A stretch of 63,874 bases of DNA, counting the filler, from Sandaracinaceae bacterium (GTDB lineage Bacteria > Myxococcota_A > Polyangia > Polyangiales > JADJQN01): NCBI GenBank assembly GCA_947483975.1. It is 6 parts of 6 records of this genome, joined end to end, with 100 filler letters (N's around TTAATTAATTAA, not from the genome) between each part and the next. Parts side by side here need not be neighbours in the genome. Positions count along the whole stretch, not along the records: positions 22,130 to 33,008 come from CANKOL010000157.1; positions 33,109 to 43,982 come from CANKOL010000158.1; 4 more parts are not named here. One strand, 5' to 3'. How positions within the stretch are numbered: the first letter of the stretch is position 1; each line of letters opens with the position of its first letter. Of the stretch, positions 30,701-40,078 are shown in pieces. The position numbers and the translations under genes were made by a program. Below the pieces are notes generated by a model. That model was not told where the DNA came from and made no database searches. It was given only the letters and a program-made list of their open reading frames with translations.

Positions 30701-31542
30701 AGCTTGCGATTCAGGCCAACATCCACGTCGCTCGTGCGTTCCGCGCGACGAACAACGAAGCGCAGGGCGCGTCGTTCCTGGCGGATGCGGTTCGACTCTG
30801 GGAGCACGGCGCACCTGAGGCCATCGCGCATCTCGACATCGACGACGGGGCGAAGGCGGGTGCACTGCTCGAGGCGAAGACTGCCGTCAGCGAGGCGCTC
30901 TTCTACCAGGCGGAGCAGCTGTACGTTGCGTACAACCGCATCCACTTCCCCGACTACCACGGAGAGGGCAACCTCGAAGCCGTCACTCGGTGGGCGACGG
31001 GCGACTTCAAGCGCTGGCTCGACAGCAAGAAGGCCGCGCTCGACGCGGCAGAGGCAGCGTACAACAAGCTGGTCGCACTCGACGTGCCGCAGTGGCTGAT
31101 CGGCGCGGCCTCCCGGATCGGGCAGATGTACGAGGCGTTCGTCGATGCCTTCGACGACGCGCCGGTTCCGACCGAGATCGAGAACGACCCGGAGCTCTAC
31201 GATATCTACGTCGGAGCCCTGAACGACCAGCGTCAGATCTTTTACAACCTGGCCATTCCGAAGTTCGAGTACTGCATCATCACCTCGACGCGTGTGCGTT
31301 GGTTCAACGAGTACTCCCACACCTGTGAGGAGGAGCTGAACCGGCTCAATCCGACGCAGTACCCGATGGCTGCGGAGCTTCGCGGGCTTCCCAATTACGT
31401 TCACCGCGCGGTCGCGCGTCCGGGCGTCGCAGAGCTCGGGCAGCAGGCCGAGGATGCGGAGGCCGGGGACTCCGAGGCGACGGGCGGTGCAGCTGCAACG
31501 CCGCCGGCTGGTGGAACCGCGCCGGCGGGCGGGGGTAACTGA
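27796..31542 (+). CDS. gltD: Large periplasmic TPR gliding protein, GltD/AgmU/NfsD-like
   Basis: About 1250 aa, signal peptide, many TPRs, follows gltC and precedes a TPR lipoprotein; RBS GGAGGG. Confidence 0.72.
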   Translation: MSRMPMRRMRLVGLVVVSMVAAAVPVLVGAQDGAGTATAAPAVAVAASPTYCISPGVPEALAACPSNAPRATKSGGTAPSSHLTTSKRRVEEKKQAPTGPSFEIDVTSATGRAAEIRQRGEQLLRREIQLTERLVHNTRTNDPRRPDILLRLAESYFELQQTLTAQVRGFDDPIFQACTQQKNANNCRQQRQAQTAAEESLKGARENAIRTYATLVQDHPNYRRMDEVLFSLGFALEEMRQFDRARQVYFRLIKGFPQSKFIPNAYLSFAEYFFGEGEMDNALQFYQKVTEIPPDRNPVYGYAIYKQAWVLYNKEDFRGALQKFVETIEFAVANPEARDVENLARQARRELILPYAQVGNPARALEFFRRYATNEEMAQGMFESLGDLYFDTGQWNNAISIFHDLMAASPASNKLCYWQGRVTNAIISSKPKADQTREVQRMVDLYDTFTATGNSHTPESVTACKQTTASILVELSTAWHREAIGTENQPGTNDHATMGLATQLYKLVLDKFPDMETMQFPDIDHRDWPTNYRVSYFYAELLWKMEDWPNCGPAFDRVVELNPGGEFTSDAAYAAVLCYNNLYQQQYAGQERQSRHAVAPRPGAAATPAAGARRGGRRGAAEEAPVDPNAEFRPREFTAQEQGMIAAFRRFICFVQDSEELPTVKYRLSRIYYEANHYEEAAILFKDIAWNHRETDLAEYAANLYLDSLNVLGTNSTPARPACFDTMETDVEALKGFYCDTQEHKDRYAELCRVVNTLRCDIKRKKAEALQANHQFKDAARAYVDIYRQCQADAATNERLPEVLYNAAINYEAARLVGRAIRVRKLLVERHPTTELGKKALYLLGANYHALAIYSSAADYYEQFAKAFPGEDGSHCTDQDRATGTCANAVEALQNAVFFRLGLGETDKAIEDAQLFARNYRTGRSARPREVAQVMFSIGTVYENQRNWSKTVDHYRTWLRTYGRAAPPQLAIQANIHVARAFRATNNEAQGASFLADAVRLWEHGAPEAIAHLDIDDGAKAGALLEAKTAVSEALFYQAEQLYVAYNRIHFPDYHGEGNLEAVTRWATGDFKRWLDSKKAALDAAEAAYNKLVALDVPQWLIGAASRIGQMYEAFVDAFDDAPVPTEIENDPELYDIYVGALNDQRQIFYNLAIPKFEYCIITSTRVRWFNEYSHTCEEELNRLNPTQYPMAAELRGLPNYVHRAVARPGVAELGQQAEDAEAGDSEATGGAAATPPAGGTAPAGGGN

Positions 31543-33008
31543 TGCTGATGCATGAAACGAAGGCGTCCATGTCGACCATCAAGCACATTCGAGTCCTCTT
31601 CGTCGCCGCCGGTATCGTCGCTTCTGCCGGCTGTGGCGGCGGTGGCGGGGCGGGTGGCGGCGGTGGCGCTGGCGGCGGACACGGTACGACGGTGGCGGGG
31701 CCCAACGTCCCGCACACGTCGACGGGCGATGCCGTCAGTGTCGAGGCGCAGAATCACTGGACCGAAGGTCTCGCGGCGTTCGCGCAGCGAGAGACGAGCG
31801 GTTGGAACGCGGACGCCTGCGAGGCTGTCGCGGGCACGTTCGACTCGGCCGCCGAGGCGCAGGACGGGCGTTTCCCCGAGGCGCTCTACATGGCTGGCTT
31901 GGTGCACTCGCGGTGCAACGAGCGCGAGAAGGCCCTCGAGTACTACAACCGCGCGCTTTCGGCGAACAACAAGTTCTGCAAGGCGCGGGTCATGATCGGC
32001 CTCGATCAGATCGGGCAGCACCAGGAAGCGGCTGCGATGCAGACGTTTGCTCGCGCGGTCGCGGACGACGCGCAGTGCACCGAGGGCTACGTCAATTTGG
32101 CCGCGCTCCAGCGCTCGAGCGGCGATGCGGCGCTCGTGCGCGACGCGCTCAACAACCTTCGTCGAGCGCTCGCGATCGATGCCCAGTACCTGGCGGCCTT
32201 CAACGAGATGGCGCTCCTCTACATCCAGGAGGCGGAGCGCACGCCGGAAGAGGCTGCGCAGCGTCTCGACCTCGCGGCGGTCGTGTGTCGACAGGCGCAG
32301 CAGATCAATCGCGATTACGGCCCGATCTACAACACTTGGGGCCTCATTTACGTCAAGAAGGACAACATCATCGAGGCTGTGCGCATGTTCGAGCGCGCGG
32401 CGAACCTCGATGCAAACAACTTCGAAGCGTGGATGAACTTCGGGACGATGGTCTCTGGTTTCCGCGGTTATGAAGACGCCAAGCGCGCGTTCACGCGAGC
32501 CGTCGAGCTCAATCCGACGAGCTACGACGCGCACCTCGGTCTCGGCGCCGCCCTGCGCGGGCTGAGCCAGTTCGACGAGGCCGTGGCTGAGTACACCAAG
32601 GCCAAGGAACTCGACGCGAATCGCCCGGAGGCCTACTTCAACCTCGCGCTGATCAATCACAACTACCGGGGCGGCGCAGAGGCGGTCCTCAACGATGCGA
32701 AGGTTCAGTACCAGGCCTTCGTGACGAAGGCGGGACAGAATCCGCGCTTTGCATCCGTCGTGACGGACGTCACCCGCCGCTGCAACCTCGAGCGCGCGCG
32801 GCGCGGTCGTCGCCGGTCGACGTCGCAGTGCCGCCCGGGCTTCCTGCAGCAGATCGAGATCGTCGCGTCCACTCGCGCCGAGATGGCAGAGCTCCAGCGC
32901 GCGCAGGAGGAGATCCAGCGCCGCATGGTGGCACAGCAGGCCGCGGCTGGGACTCCGCCGACGCCGACGCCAGCCCCGGCCCCCGCGCCGGATGGTGCGG
33001 CGACGCCG
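31542..33008 (+). CDS. gltE: TPR lipoprotein, GltE/AglT-like (truncated)
   Basis: Lipobox SAGC plus Gly run; ALNNLRRALAID, IYNTWGL, AYFNLALI; coupled to gltD. Confidence 0.68.
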
Positions 33009-33108
33009 NNNNNNNNNNNNNNNNNNNNNNNNNNNNNNNNNNNNNNNNNNNNTTAATTAATTAANNNNNNNNNNNNNNNNNNNNNNNNNNNNNNNNNNNN
33101 NNNNNNNN
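33009..33108. other. Artificial contig linker
   Basis: N44-TTAATTAATTAA-N44. Confidence 0.98.
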
Positions 33109-34200
33109 AGGCGTCCGCGGGCGCTGCTGCGCGGGGATGGCGTCGAGCGTGCGCGCGCGTCCATCGACCTCGACGGGCCCGGCGGGCTCGCTGAGCGGCG
33201 GGCCGACGGGGATCGGCTGCGTCGCGCGCTCACCGAGCGTGCGCACTGCCGCGGTCAGGGCCTCGGACATCTCGCCCGCGCTCGCGTACCGCTCGTTGCG
33301 ATCCTTCGCGAGCGCCTTCAGCGCGACCCGCTCGAGCGCCTCCGGGATGCGCAGATCGGGGCGCTTCTTGCGCGGCGGCACGAGCGGCTCGACGAGCTGC
33401 TTCGTGATCGTGCCGAGCGCGGTGTCCGAGGTGAAGGGCACCGCGCCCGTCAGCATCTGATAGAGCATGATGCCCGCCGAGTAGAGGTCGGCGCGCGCGT
33501 CGAGCTCCTCCCCGCGCGCCTGCTCGGGCGCCATGTACTCCGGCGTGCCGCAGACGAACCCCGCCATCGTGATCGCCGAGCCGCCGTCGGACTCCTGGAT
33601 CTTCGCGATGCCGAAGTCGCAGACCTTGACCCGCTCGCCCGCGCCGCGCCCCGCCTTCAGCACGAGCACGTTCTCGGGCTTCAGATCGCGGTGGATGATC
33701 CCCGCGTGGTGCGCCTCATCGAGCGCCGAGAGCACCTGCCCGAGCAGCAGCGCGATGCGCGCCGGCGTCAACGGCGCCTCTTCCTCGATCAGCGACTGCA
33801 GATCCTCGCCCTCGAGGAACTCCATCGCGATGTACAGCGTGCCGTCCTCGGCCGCGCCGAAGTCGATGATCTGCACGGAATTCGGGTGCGAGAGCCGGCT
33901 CGCCGCGCGCGCCTCGCGGTGAAAGCGCTTGGCGAGCTTCACGTCGCTCGTCAGGTGTTTGTGCAGCACCTTGATGGCGACGACCTTGTCGAGCGAGAGC
34001 TGCTTGGCGCGATACACGCGCCCCATCGCGCCCTCGCCGAGCAGGTCGAGGATCTCGAAATTGCCCGCGATGCGCGTCCCCGGGAGCGCGTCCGGCGGCT
34101 CGGGCAGGTCGCTGTCCCGCACCGGCAGGGACTCGCCGCATTGGCCGCAGACGGCGTCGGCGGGGAGCACCGTCTCCTTGCACTGTGGGCAGGTCAGCAT
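33109..34200 (-). CDS. Hanks-type Ser/Thr kinase with N-terminal Zn ribbon (truncated)
   Basis: CPQC...CGQCG; GEGAMG, VAIK, HRDLKPEN, DFG, GTPEYMAPE. Confidence 0.93.
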
Positions 34201-34375
34201 TCGTTGGAGGCCGAAAGCATACGGCAACCGCTTTGGGGCAGCTATGGGCGTGTGATGCACGGCAACGGTCCGCCGTTCGAGCAAACGCCCGCGCGGCGTG
34301 GCCCGCCTGCGCAGCGCCGCAGCAGGCACCCCGCGCGGCTCGACGTCGGCCGTTCGGGTGCGATCGTCCGCGCTC

Positions 34376-36181
34376 ATGCGCAACGTCGCCAGGCTCCTCG
34401 GCTTCGTCAGGCCCTACTCGCGACTGGCGCTCCTCGCGCTCGTGATGCTGGTTGCGCTCGTCGGGCTCGACCTCGCGCTCCCGCGGCTGATTCAGCGGAT
34501 CATCGACGAGGGCATCGCGAAGCACGACCGCGCGCTCGTCGTGCAGACCGCGCTCCTGATGCTCGGCATCTCGGCGGTCAGCACCGTCGTCGCGATCATC
34601 AACAACATCTTCTCCGTGCGCGTCGGCGAGGGCGTCGCGCGCGACCTGCGCGAGGCGCTCTTCCTGAAGATTCAGCAGTACTCCTTCGGCAACCTCGATC
34701 GGCAGAAGACTGGGCCTCTGCTCGTGCGGCTCACGAGCGACGTCGCGGCGGTCAAGAGCCTCACGCAGATCTCGCTCCGCATCGGCACGCGCGCGCCGCT
34801 CCTGATGGTCGGCAGCCTGCTGCTGATGACGATGACGAGCGGACGCCTCGCGCTGACGCTGCTCCCGCTGCTGCTCGTGACCGCCGGGCTGATCGCGCTC
34901 TTCGTCGCGCGCATGGAGCCGCTCTTTCAGCGCGTGCAGCAGAGGCTCGATGTCCTCAACGGCGTCCTGCAGGAGAACGTCGCGGGCGCGCGCTTGGTCA
35001 AGGCGCTCGTCCGCGCGGACTACGAGGGGGAGCGCTTCGGCCGCGCCAACACCGAGATGACGCAGCGCTCGGTCGCGGTGCTGCGCCTGATGTCGGTGAT
35101 GACGCCGGTGCTGACGATGTGCATCAACGTCGGCGTCGTCCTCGTCATCTGGGTCGGCGGCGCGCAGTCGATCCGCGGCGAGCTCTCGCTCGGGCAGGTC
35201 GTCGCGTTCACGAACTACCTGTTCACGACCATGACGCCGCTGCTGATGATGACGATGCTCTCGAACACCTGGGCGTCGGGGCTCGCGTCGCTCGGCCGCA
35301 TGGAGTCGATCCTCGACGCGGTCCCCGACGTGCGGGACGCGCCTGACGCGGTGAGCGTGCAGGCGAGTGATTCGGCCGAGGTGAGCTTCGAGGACGTCTC
35401 GTTCTCCTACGGCGGCGAAGGGACCGACGCGGCCCTGCGCGAGATCACGCTGCACGCCGCGCCAGGCCAGACGATCGCGCTCCTCGGCTCGACGGGCGCG
35501 GGCAAGTCGACGCTCGTCAGCTTGATCCCGCGCTTCTACGACGTGACCTCGGGGCGCGTCCGCGCGTTCGGTCGCGACGTGCGCGCGCTGACGCAGGACT
35601 CGCTCGTCTCGAACGTCGGCTACGTCCCGCAGGAGACCGTGCTGTTCTCGGGGACGGTGCGCGACAACCTCCGCTACGGGCGGCCCGACGCGAGCGAGGA
35701 GGACGTCGTCCGCGCCGCCCGCGCCGCGCAGGCGCACGACTTCATCACGGCGCTGCCGGACGGCTACGACAGCCGCGTCGAGCAGCGCGGGGCGAATTTC
35801 TCCGGCGGGCAGAGGCAGCGCCTCGCGATCGCGCGCGCGCTCCTGCTCGCGCCGAAGCTGCTCATCCTCGACGACAGCACGAGCGCCGTCGACGTCGAGA
35901 CCGAGACGAAGCTCCAAGCCGCGCTCGCCGCCGACGAGGGCGGGCGCACGACGTTCCTCGTCGCGCAGCGGATCAGCACGGTCCTCGACGCCGACACCAT
36001 CGTCGTCCTCGAGAAGGGGCGCGTCGTCGCCACGGGCACGCACCGCGAGCTGATGGCGACCTCCGTCGTCTACCGCGAGATCTACGACTCGCAGCTCGGA
36101 CGCGGGCTGGCGGCGGACGAGGCGGTGGCGGATGAGCCGGCGCCGGATGCCTCGACTGCGGACACGGAGCCCGCCTCGTGA
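34376..36181 (+). CDS. Heterodimeric ABC exporter, degenerate subunit (TM287-like)
   Basis: TMD+NBD; GSTGAGKS, FSGGQRQR, LILDDSTS (D for E), AQR (Q for H). Confidence 0.92.
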   Translation: MRNVARLLGFVRPYSRLALLALVMLVALVGLDLALPRLIQRIIDEGIAKHDRALVVQTALLMLGISAVSTVVAIINNIFSVRVGEGVARDLREALFLKIQQYSFGNLDRQKTGPLLVRLTSDVAAVKSLTQISLRIGTRAPLLMVGSLLLMTMTSGRLALTLLPLLLVTAGLIALFVARMEPLFQRVQQRLDVLNGVLQENVAGARLVKALVRADYEGERFGRANTEMTQRSVAVLRLMSVMTPVLTMCINVGVVLVIWVGGAQSIRGELSLGQVVAFTNYLFTTMTPLLMMTMLSNTWASGLASLGRMESILDAVPDVRDAPDAVSVQASDSAEVSFEDVSFSYGGEGTDAALREITLHAAPGQTIALLGSTGAGKSTLVSLIPRFYDVTSGRVRAFGRDVRALTQDSLVSNVGYVPQETVLFSGTVRDNLRYGRPDASEEDVVRAARAAQAHDFITALPDGYDSRVEQRGANFSGGQRQRLAIARALLLAPKLLILDDSTSAVDVETETKLQAALAADEGGRTTFLVAQRISTVLDADTIVVLEKGRVVATGTHRELMATSVVYREIYDSQLGRGLAADEAVADEPAPDASTADTEPAS

Positions 36182-38013
36182 GCAGCGCACCGCGCAGCGC
36201 AGGCGAGGGGGCCGCGGGACTTCGCAGCGCGTTGGCCCCGGGCATACGAGGCTTCGGCAACGTCGCCCGCGCCAAGGACGGACGCGGCACGCTCGCGCGC
36301 CTCGCGACGTACTTCGACGGCGCCCGCGCCGGGCTCGCGTTCGTCGCCGGCTGCATCGTCGTCTACACGCTGCTCGGGCTCATCGGGCCGTACCTGATGG
36401 GCACGGCGCTCGACGACTTCATCGCCGCGCACGACGCCACGGGGCTCGCGCGCACCGCGCTCCTGATGCTCGCGGTCTTTCTCGCGGCCAACCTCGTGCA
36501 GGCGGCGTCGGGCTGGGTGATGGCGGGGCTCTCGCAGCGCGCGCTCCGGCGGCTGCGGCACGAGCTCTTCTCGCATCTGCAGACGCTGCCGATGGACTAC
36601 TTCGAGCGGAACGCGTCGGGCGAGCTGATGAGCCGCCTGACCAACGACCTCGACGCGGTCAACGACGCCGTCGCGCAGAACGTCACCTCGCTGCTCGCGA
36701 GCGTGCTCTCGATGCTCGGGATCCTCGTCGCGATGTTCGTCCTCGACCGCTGGCTCGCGCTCGCGTCGCTCCTCGTCGTGCCGCTGATGTTCGGCTTCAC
36801 GCGCTTCGTCGCGGTCTTCACGCGCAAGGGCTTCAAGGAGCTGCAGCGCGACCTCGGGCGGCTCAACGGCGTGATGGAGGAGGCGATCGGCGGCCAGAAG
36901 ACGGTCACCGTGTTCCGCCGCAATCAGTCGGTGATCGAGGCGTTTCGCGCGGAGAACGAGCGGGTCTATCGCGCGGGCGTCTACGCGAACACCTACGCGC
37001 TCTTGCTGATGCCGCTGACCGCGGTGCTCGGGAATCTCTTCGTGATCGTGCTCGCGGGGCTCGGCGGCTGGCTCGCGCTCGAGGGGCTCGTCACGGTGGG
37101 CGTCATCGCGACGTTCATCAACTACGGCCAGAACTTCGTCGGCCCGCTGCGGCAGCTCTCGAACCTCTACAACACGCTGCAGGCCGCGCTCGCGGGCGCC
37201 GAGCGCGTGTTCGCGATCCTCGACACTCCCTCCGAGGTCGACGACTCGCCCGCTGCTCGCGCCGTGCCGCCCGTCCGCGGCGCCGTGCGCTTCGACCACG
37301 TCAGCTTCAGCTACCGCCCCGGGACGACCGTGATCGACGATATGTCGCTCGAGGCCGCGCCGGGGCAGATGATCGCGCTCGTCGGTCCGACGGGCGCGGG
37401 CAAGACCACCGTCATCAACCTGCTCACGCGCTTCTACGAGCTCGACCATGGCGTGATCGAGATCGACGGGACGGATATCCGCGAGCTGCCCAAGCGCGCG
37501 CTGCGCCGGATGCTCGGGCTCGTCCTGCAGGACACGTATCTGTTCGCCGATACGGTGATGGCGAACATCCGCTACGGCAGGCTCGACGCGAGCGATGAGG
37601 ACGTCGTGCGCGCGGCGGAGATGGCCGACGCCGACCACTTCATTCGCCAGCTTCCGAAGGGCTATCAGACCGTCCTCTCGGAGCGCGCCGCCAACCTGAG
37701 TCAGGGGCAGCGGCAGCTGCTCGCGATCGCGCGGACGCTGCTCGCCGAGCCGTCGATCCTGATCCTCGACGAGGCGACGAGCAGCGTCGACACGCGCACC
37801 GAGGCGCGCATCCAGAAGTCGCTCTTGCGGCTGATGGCGGGGCGCACGAGCTTCGTCATCGCGCATCGACTGAGCACGATCCGCGACGCCGATCAGGTGC
37901 TCGTCGTCGACGGCGGGCGCATCGTCGAGCGCGGTACGCATCAGGCGCTGCTCGACCTCCGAGGCGTCTACCACCGCCTCTACACGAGCCAGTTCAAGGG
38001 GCACTCGATCTGA
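36178..38013 (+). CDS. Heterodimeric ABC exporter, consensus subunit (TM288-like)
   Basis: GPTGAGKT, LSQGQRQ, LDEATS, IAHRL; GTGA overlap. Confidence 0.92.
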   Translation: MSSAPRSAGEGAAGLRSALAPGIRGFGNVARAKDGRGTLARLATYFDGARAGLAFVAGCIVVYTLLGLIGPYLMGTALDDFIAAHDATGLARTALLMLAVFLAANLVQAASGWVMAGLSQRALRRLRHELFSHLQTLPMDYFERNASGELMSRLTNDLDAVNDAVAQNVTSLLASVLSMLGILVAMFVLDRWLALASLLVVPLMFGFTRFVAVFTRKGFKELQRDLGRLNGVMEEAIGGQKTVTVFRRNQSVIEAFRAENERVYRAGVYANTYALLLMPLTAVLGNLFVIVLAGLGGWLALEGLVTVGVIATFINYGQNFVGPLRQLSNLYNTLQAALAGAERVFAILDTPSEVDDSPAARAVPPVRGAVRFDHVSFSYRPGTTVIDDMSLEAAPGQMIALVGPTGAGKTTVINLLTRFYELDHGVIEIDGTDIRELPKRALRRMLGLVLQDTYLFADTVMANIRYGRLDASDEDVVRAAEMADADHFIRQLPKGYQTVLSERAANLSQGQRQLLAIARTLLAEPSILILDEATSSVDTRTEARIQKSLLRLMAGRTSFVIAHRLSTIRDADQVLVVDGGRIVERGTHQALLDLRGVYHRLYTSQFKGHSI

Positions 38014-38061
38014 CGCGGGTCGGGGAAGCGCCGCGAGTTCGGAGGCGCGACGCCGCGAAGC

Positions 38062-38091
38062 TTGACCCCCGCGACGATTAGCCTCTACTCT
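38062..38091 (+). promoter_or_regulatory. Sigma70-type promoter for FHA gene
   Basis: TTGACC-N18-TACTCT; AGGAGG RBS before GTG 38126. Confidence 0.5.
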
Positions 38092-38125
38092 GCAGGCCGT
38101 CTATGAGTCCGTCAGGAGGACCTCC

Positions 38126-39475
38126 GTGATCGTCTGCCCGCGCTGCAGCAAGGAGAATCAGGATCACTACAAGTTTTGCCTCGGCTGTGGGGCAGAGCTT
38201 CCTCGCGACGCTGCGCATGCGCCGAAGAGCTTCACGGCGCCGACGCCTGCGGCCGGCCTGCCGGTAGCGGCGCCAGGGTCGGGCTTCGGCGCACCGGCGC
38301 AAGGCTTTGGCGCACCTGCGCAAGGCTTTGGCGCACCCGCGCAAGGCTTCGGAGCGCCCGCGCCCGCGCAAGGCTTCGGCGCACCAGCGCAGGGCTTCGG
38401 CGCGCCCGCACCGGCGCAGGGCTTCGGAGCGCCCGCACAGGGCTTCGGCGCGCCCGCGCCCGTTCCGTCTGGCTTCGGCGCGCCCGCGCCCGTTCCCTCT
38501 GGCTTCGGCGCACCTGCGCCCGCGCCCGTTCCGTCTGGCTTCGGCGCACCTGCGCCCGCGCCCGTTCCTTCTGGGTTCGGCGCCCCCGCACCTGCGCCCG
38601 TTCCCTCGGGTTTCGGGGCTCCCGCCCCGGTCGCGGCGCCCAAGCCCGCTCAGTTCGGCGGCGCTGCGGCGGCCGCTCCCGCGGCTGGTGGCGCCCACAA
38701 GTGCCCGCAGTGCGCGACGATGGTCCCGCCGGGCTTCAAGTTCTGCGGCACCTGCGGCCACGACATGACGGCGATCGCGGCGGCTGCGGCCGTCGGCGCT
38801 GCGCCGACCTCGCCTGCCCCCGCGCCGCGCCCGGCGCCGAGCGCGGCGAGCCACGGGACGCTCACGCTGATTCGCCCGGACGGCTCCGAGGGCGAGACCT
38901 TCCCGCTGCAGGAGATGACCGTCGTCGGTCGTGACACGGGCAGCCCGTTCGCGACGGACAGCTACCTCTCCCCGCGCCACGCGGTCTTCACGTTCAAGGG
39001 CCCGGAGCTCTCGGTCGCCGACCAGGGCAGCCTCAACGGCGTCTACGTCCGCATCGAGCGCGACGTGCCCCACGAGCTCGAGCCGGGCGCGATCTTCCGC
39101 GTCGGCCAAGAGATCCTGCGCTTCGAGCCGATCCCAGAGCCCACCCGTGGGGCCGACGGCGTCGAGCTGATGGGCAGCCCGAACCCGGGCCTGCTCGGCC
39201 GCATCAGCCTCGTCATCGGCCGCGAGACGACGGGCAACGCCTTCCCGATCCCCCCCGGCGGGATGCACCTCGGGCGCGAGCGCGGCGACATCATCTTCCC
39301 GGAAGACGGCTACGTCTCGGGGCTGCACTGCCGCATCCACTCCGAGGGCGGCAAGGTCGTGCTGACCGACGTCGGCAGCTCGAACGGCACCTTCACGCGC
39401 GTCCGCGGTGAGCGGACCATCAAGCGCGGCTCGCTGCTCTTGATGGGGCAGCAGCTCTTCCGCGCCGACTTCTGA
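38126..39475 (+). CDS. Zn-ribbon / low-complexity / tandem FHA protein
   Basis: CPRC..FCLGCG and CPQC..FCGTCG ribbons; FHA1 VGR..SPRH..SLNGV; FHA2 LGR..SGLH..SSNGTF. Confidence 0.9.
   Translation: MIVCPRCSKENQDHYKFCLGCGAELPRDAAHAPKSFTAPTPAAGLPVAAPGSGFGAPAQGFGAPAQGFGAPAQGFGAPAPAQGFGAPAQGFGAPAPAQGFGAPAQGFGAPAPVPSGFGAPAPVPSGFGAPAPAPVPSGFGAPAPAPVPSGFGAPAPAPVPSGFGAPAPVAAPKPAQFGGAAAAAPAAGGAHKCPQCATMVPPGFKFCGTCGHDMTAIAAAAAVGAAPTSPAPAPRPAPSAASHGTLTLIRPDGSEGETFPLQEMTVVGRDTGSPFATDSYLSPRHAVFTFKGPELSVADQGSLNGVYVRIERDVPHELEPGAIFRVGQEILRFEPIPEPTRGADGVELMGSPNPGLLGRISLVIGRETTGNAFPIPPGGMHLGRERGDIIFPEDGYVSGLHCRIHSEGGKVVLTDVGSSNGTFTRVRGERTIKRGSLLLMGQQLFRADF
38281..38628 (+). repeat. Coding tandem repeat GFGAP(APVPS/AQ), about 13 copies
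   Basis: ggcttcggcgca.c.gc units of 21-36 bp. Confidence 0.85.
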
Positions 39476-39496
39476 CGGCCTCCTGACGGGGGCCGG
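39476..39496. terminator. GC hairpin between convergent genes
   Basis: CGGCCTCC-TGAC-GGGGGCCG; no U-tract. Confidence 0.3.
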
Positions 39497-39499
39497 TCG

Positions 39500-40078
39500 T
39501 CAGCGCAGGTGCGTGATGTACCAGCGCTGACCCCAGTGGATCAGCGCCTTCACCTCGAAGCTGCGCTCGGTGCCGTCGACCGTGTAGCGCAGCAGCGAGT
39601 GGCGGACCGCCCAGTACGGCAGGGCGTTCGCTTCGCTGTGGACCGTCTGCCAGGTCGCGCGATGGGAGAGCTCGAGCCCCGCGAAGTGCGCGCGGTCGAG
39701 GTCGGGGAGCTCCGCGTGCAGCGCGTGGATGTCGCGCACGAAGTGCCCCACGAGCACGTCGTGGTAGTGCCCCGGATCGTCGATGCCCTTGAGCACGAGG
39801 AACGGACCACGCGGAAAAAACAGCTCCATCGCGCGCGCGGGGTCGTCGTGCACGATCGCGTCGAAGAGGCGGGCGGCGCGTGCGGCGAGGTCGCCCGGAG
39901 GCGGACGCGGGATGGGCTGCGTCAGGCGCGCGTCGTTCTCCGGCGGCACGACGATGCCGAGGTCTGCGGGCGTCACGCGCGCGCGGCGCTGAGCGCCGAC
40001 GCTAGAGGCGGAGGCGAGGGCGACCGCGGCGACGAGCACGAGCAGCCACGCGCGCGCCTCGCGCGGCAGCGGGCTCAC
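39500..40078 (-). CDS. Exported hypothetical protein
   Basis: Signal peptide; LFDAIVHDDP...FFP...LIHWGQRWYITHL; GTGA overlap with hydrolase. Confidence 0.7.
   Translation of the reverse strand: MSPLPREARAWLLVLVAAVALASASSVGAQRRARVTPADLGIVVPPENDARLTQPIPRPPPGDLAARAARLFDAIVHDDPARAMELFFPRGPFLVLKGIDDPGHYHDVLVGHFVRDIHALHAELPDLDRAHFAGLELSHRATWQTVHSEANALPYWAVRHSLLRYTVDGTERSFEVKALIHWGQRWYITHLR

Noticed and set aside
34376..36181. Pseudogenised ABC ATPase (Walker B D, switch Q)
   Set aside because: These are the normal degenerate-site substitutions of heterodimeric exporters.
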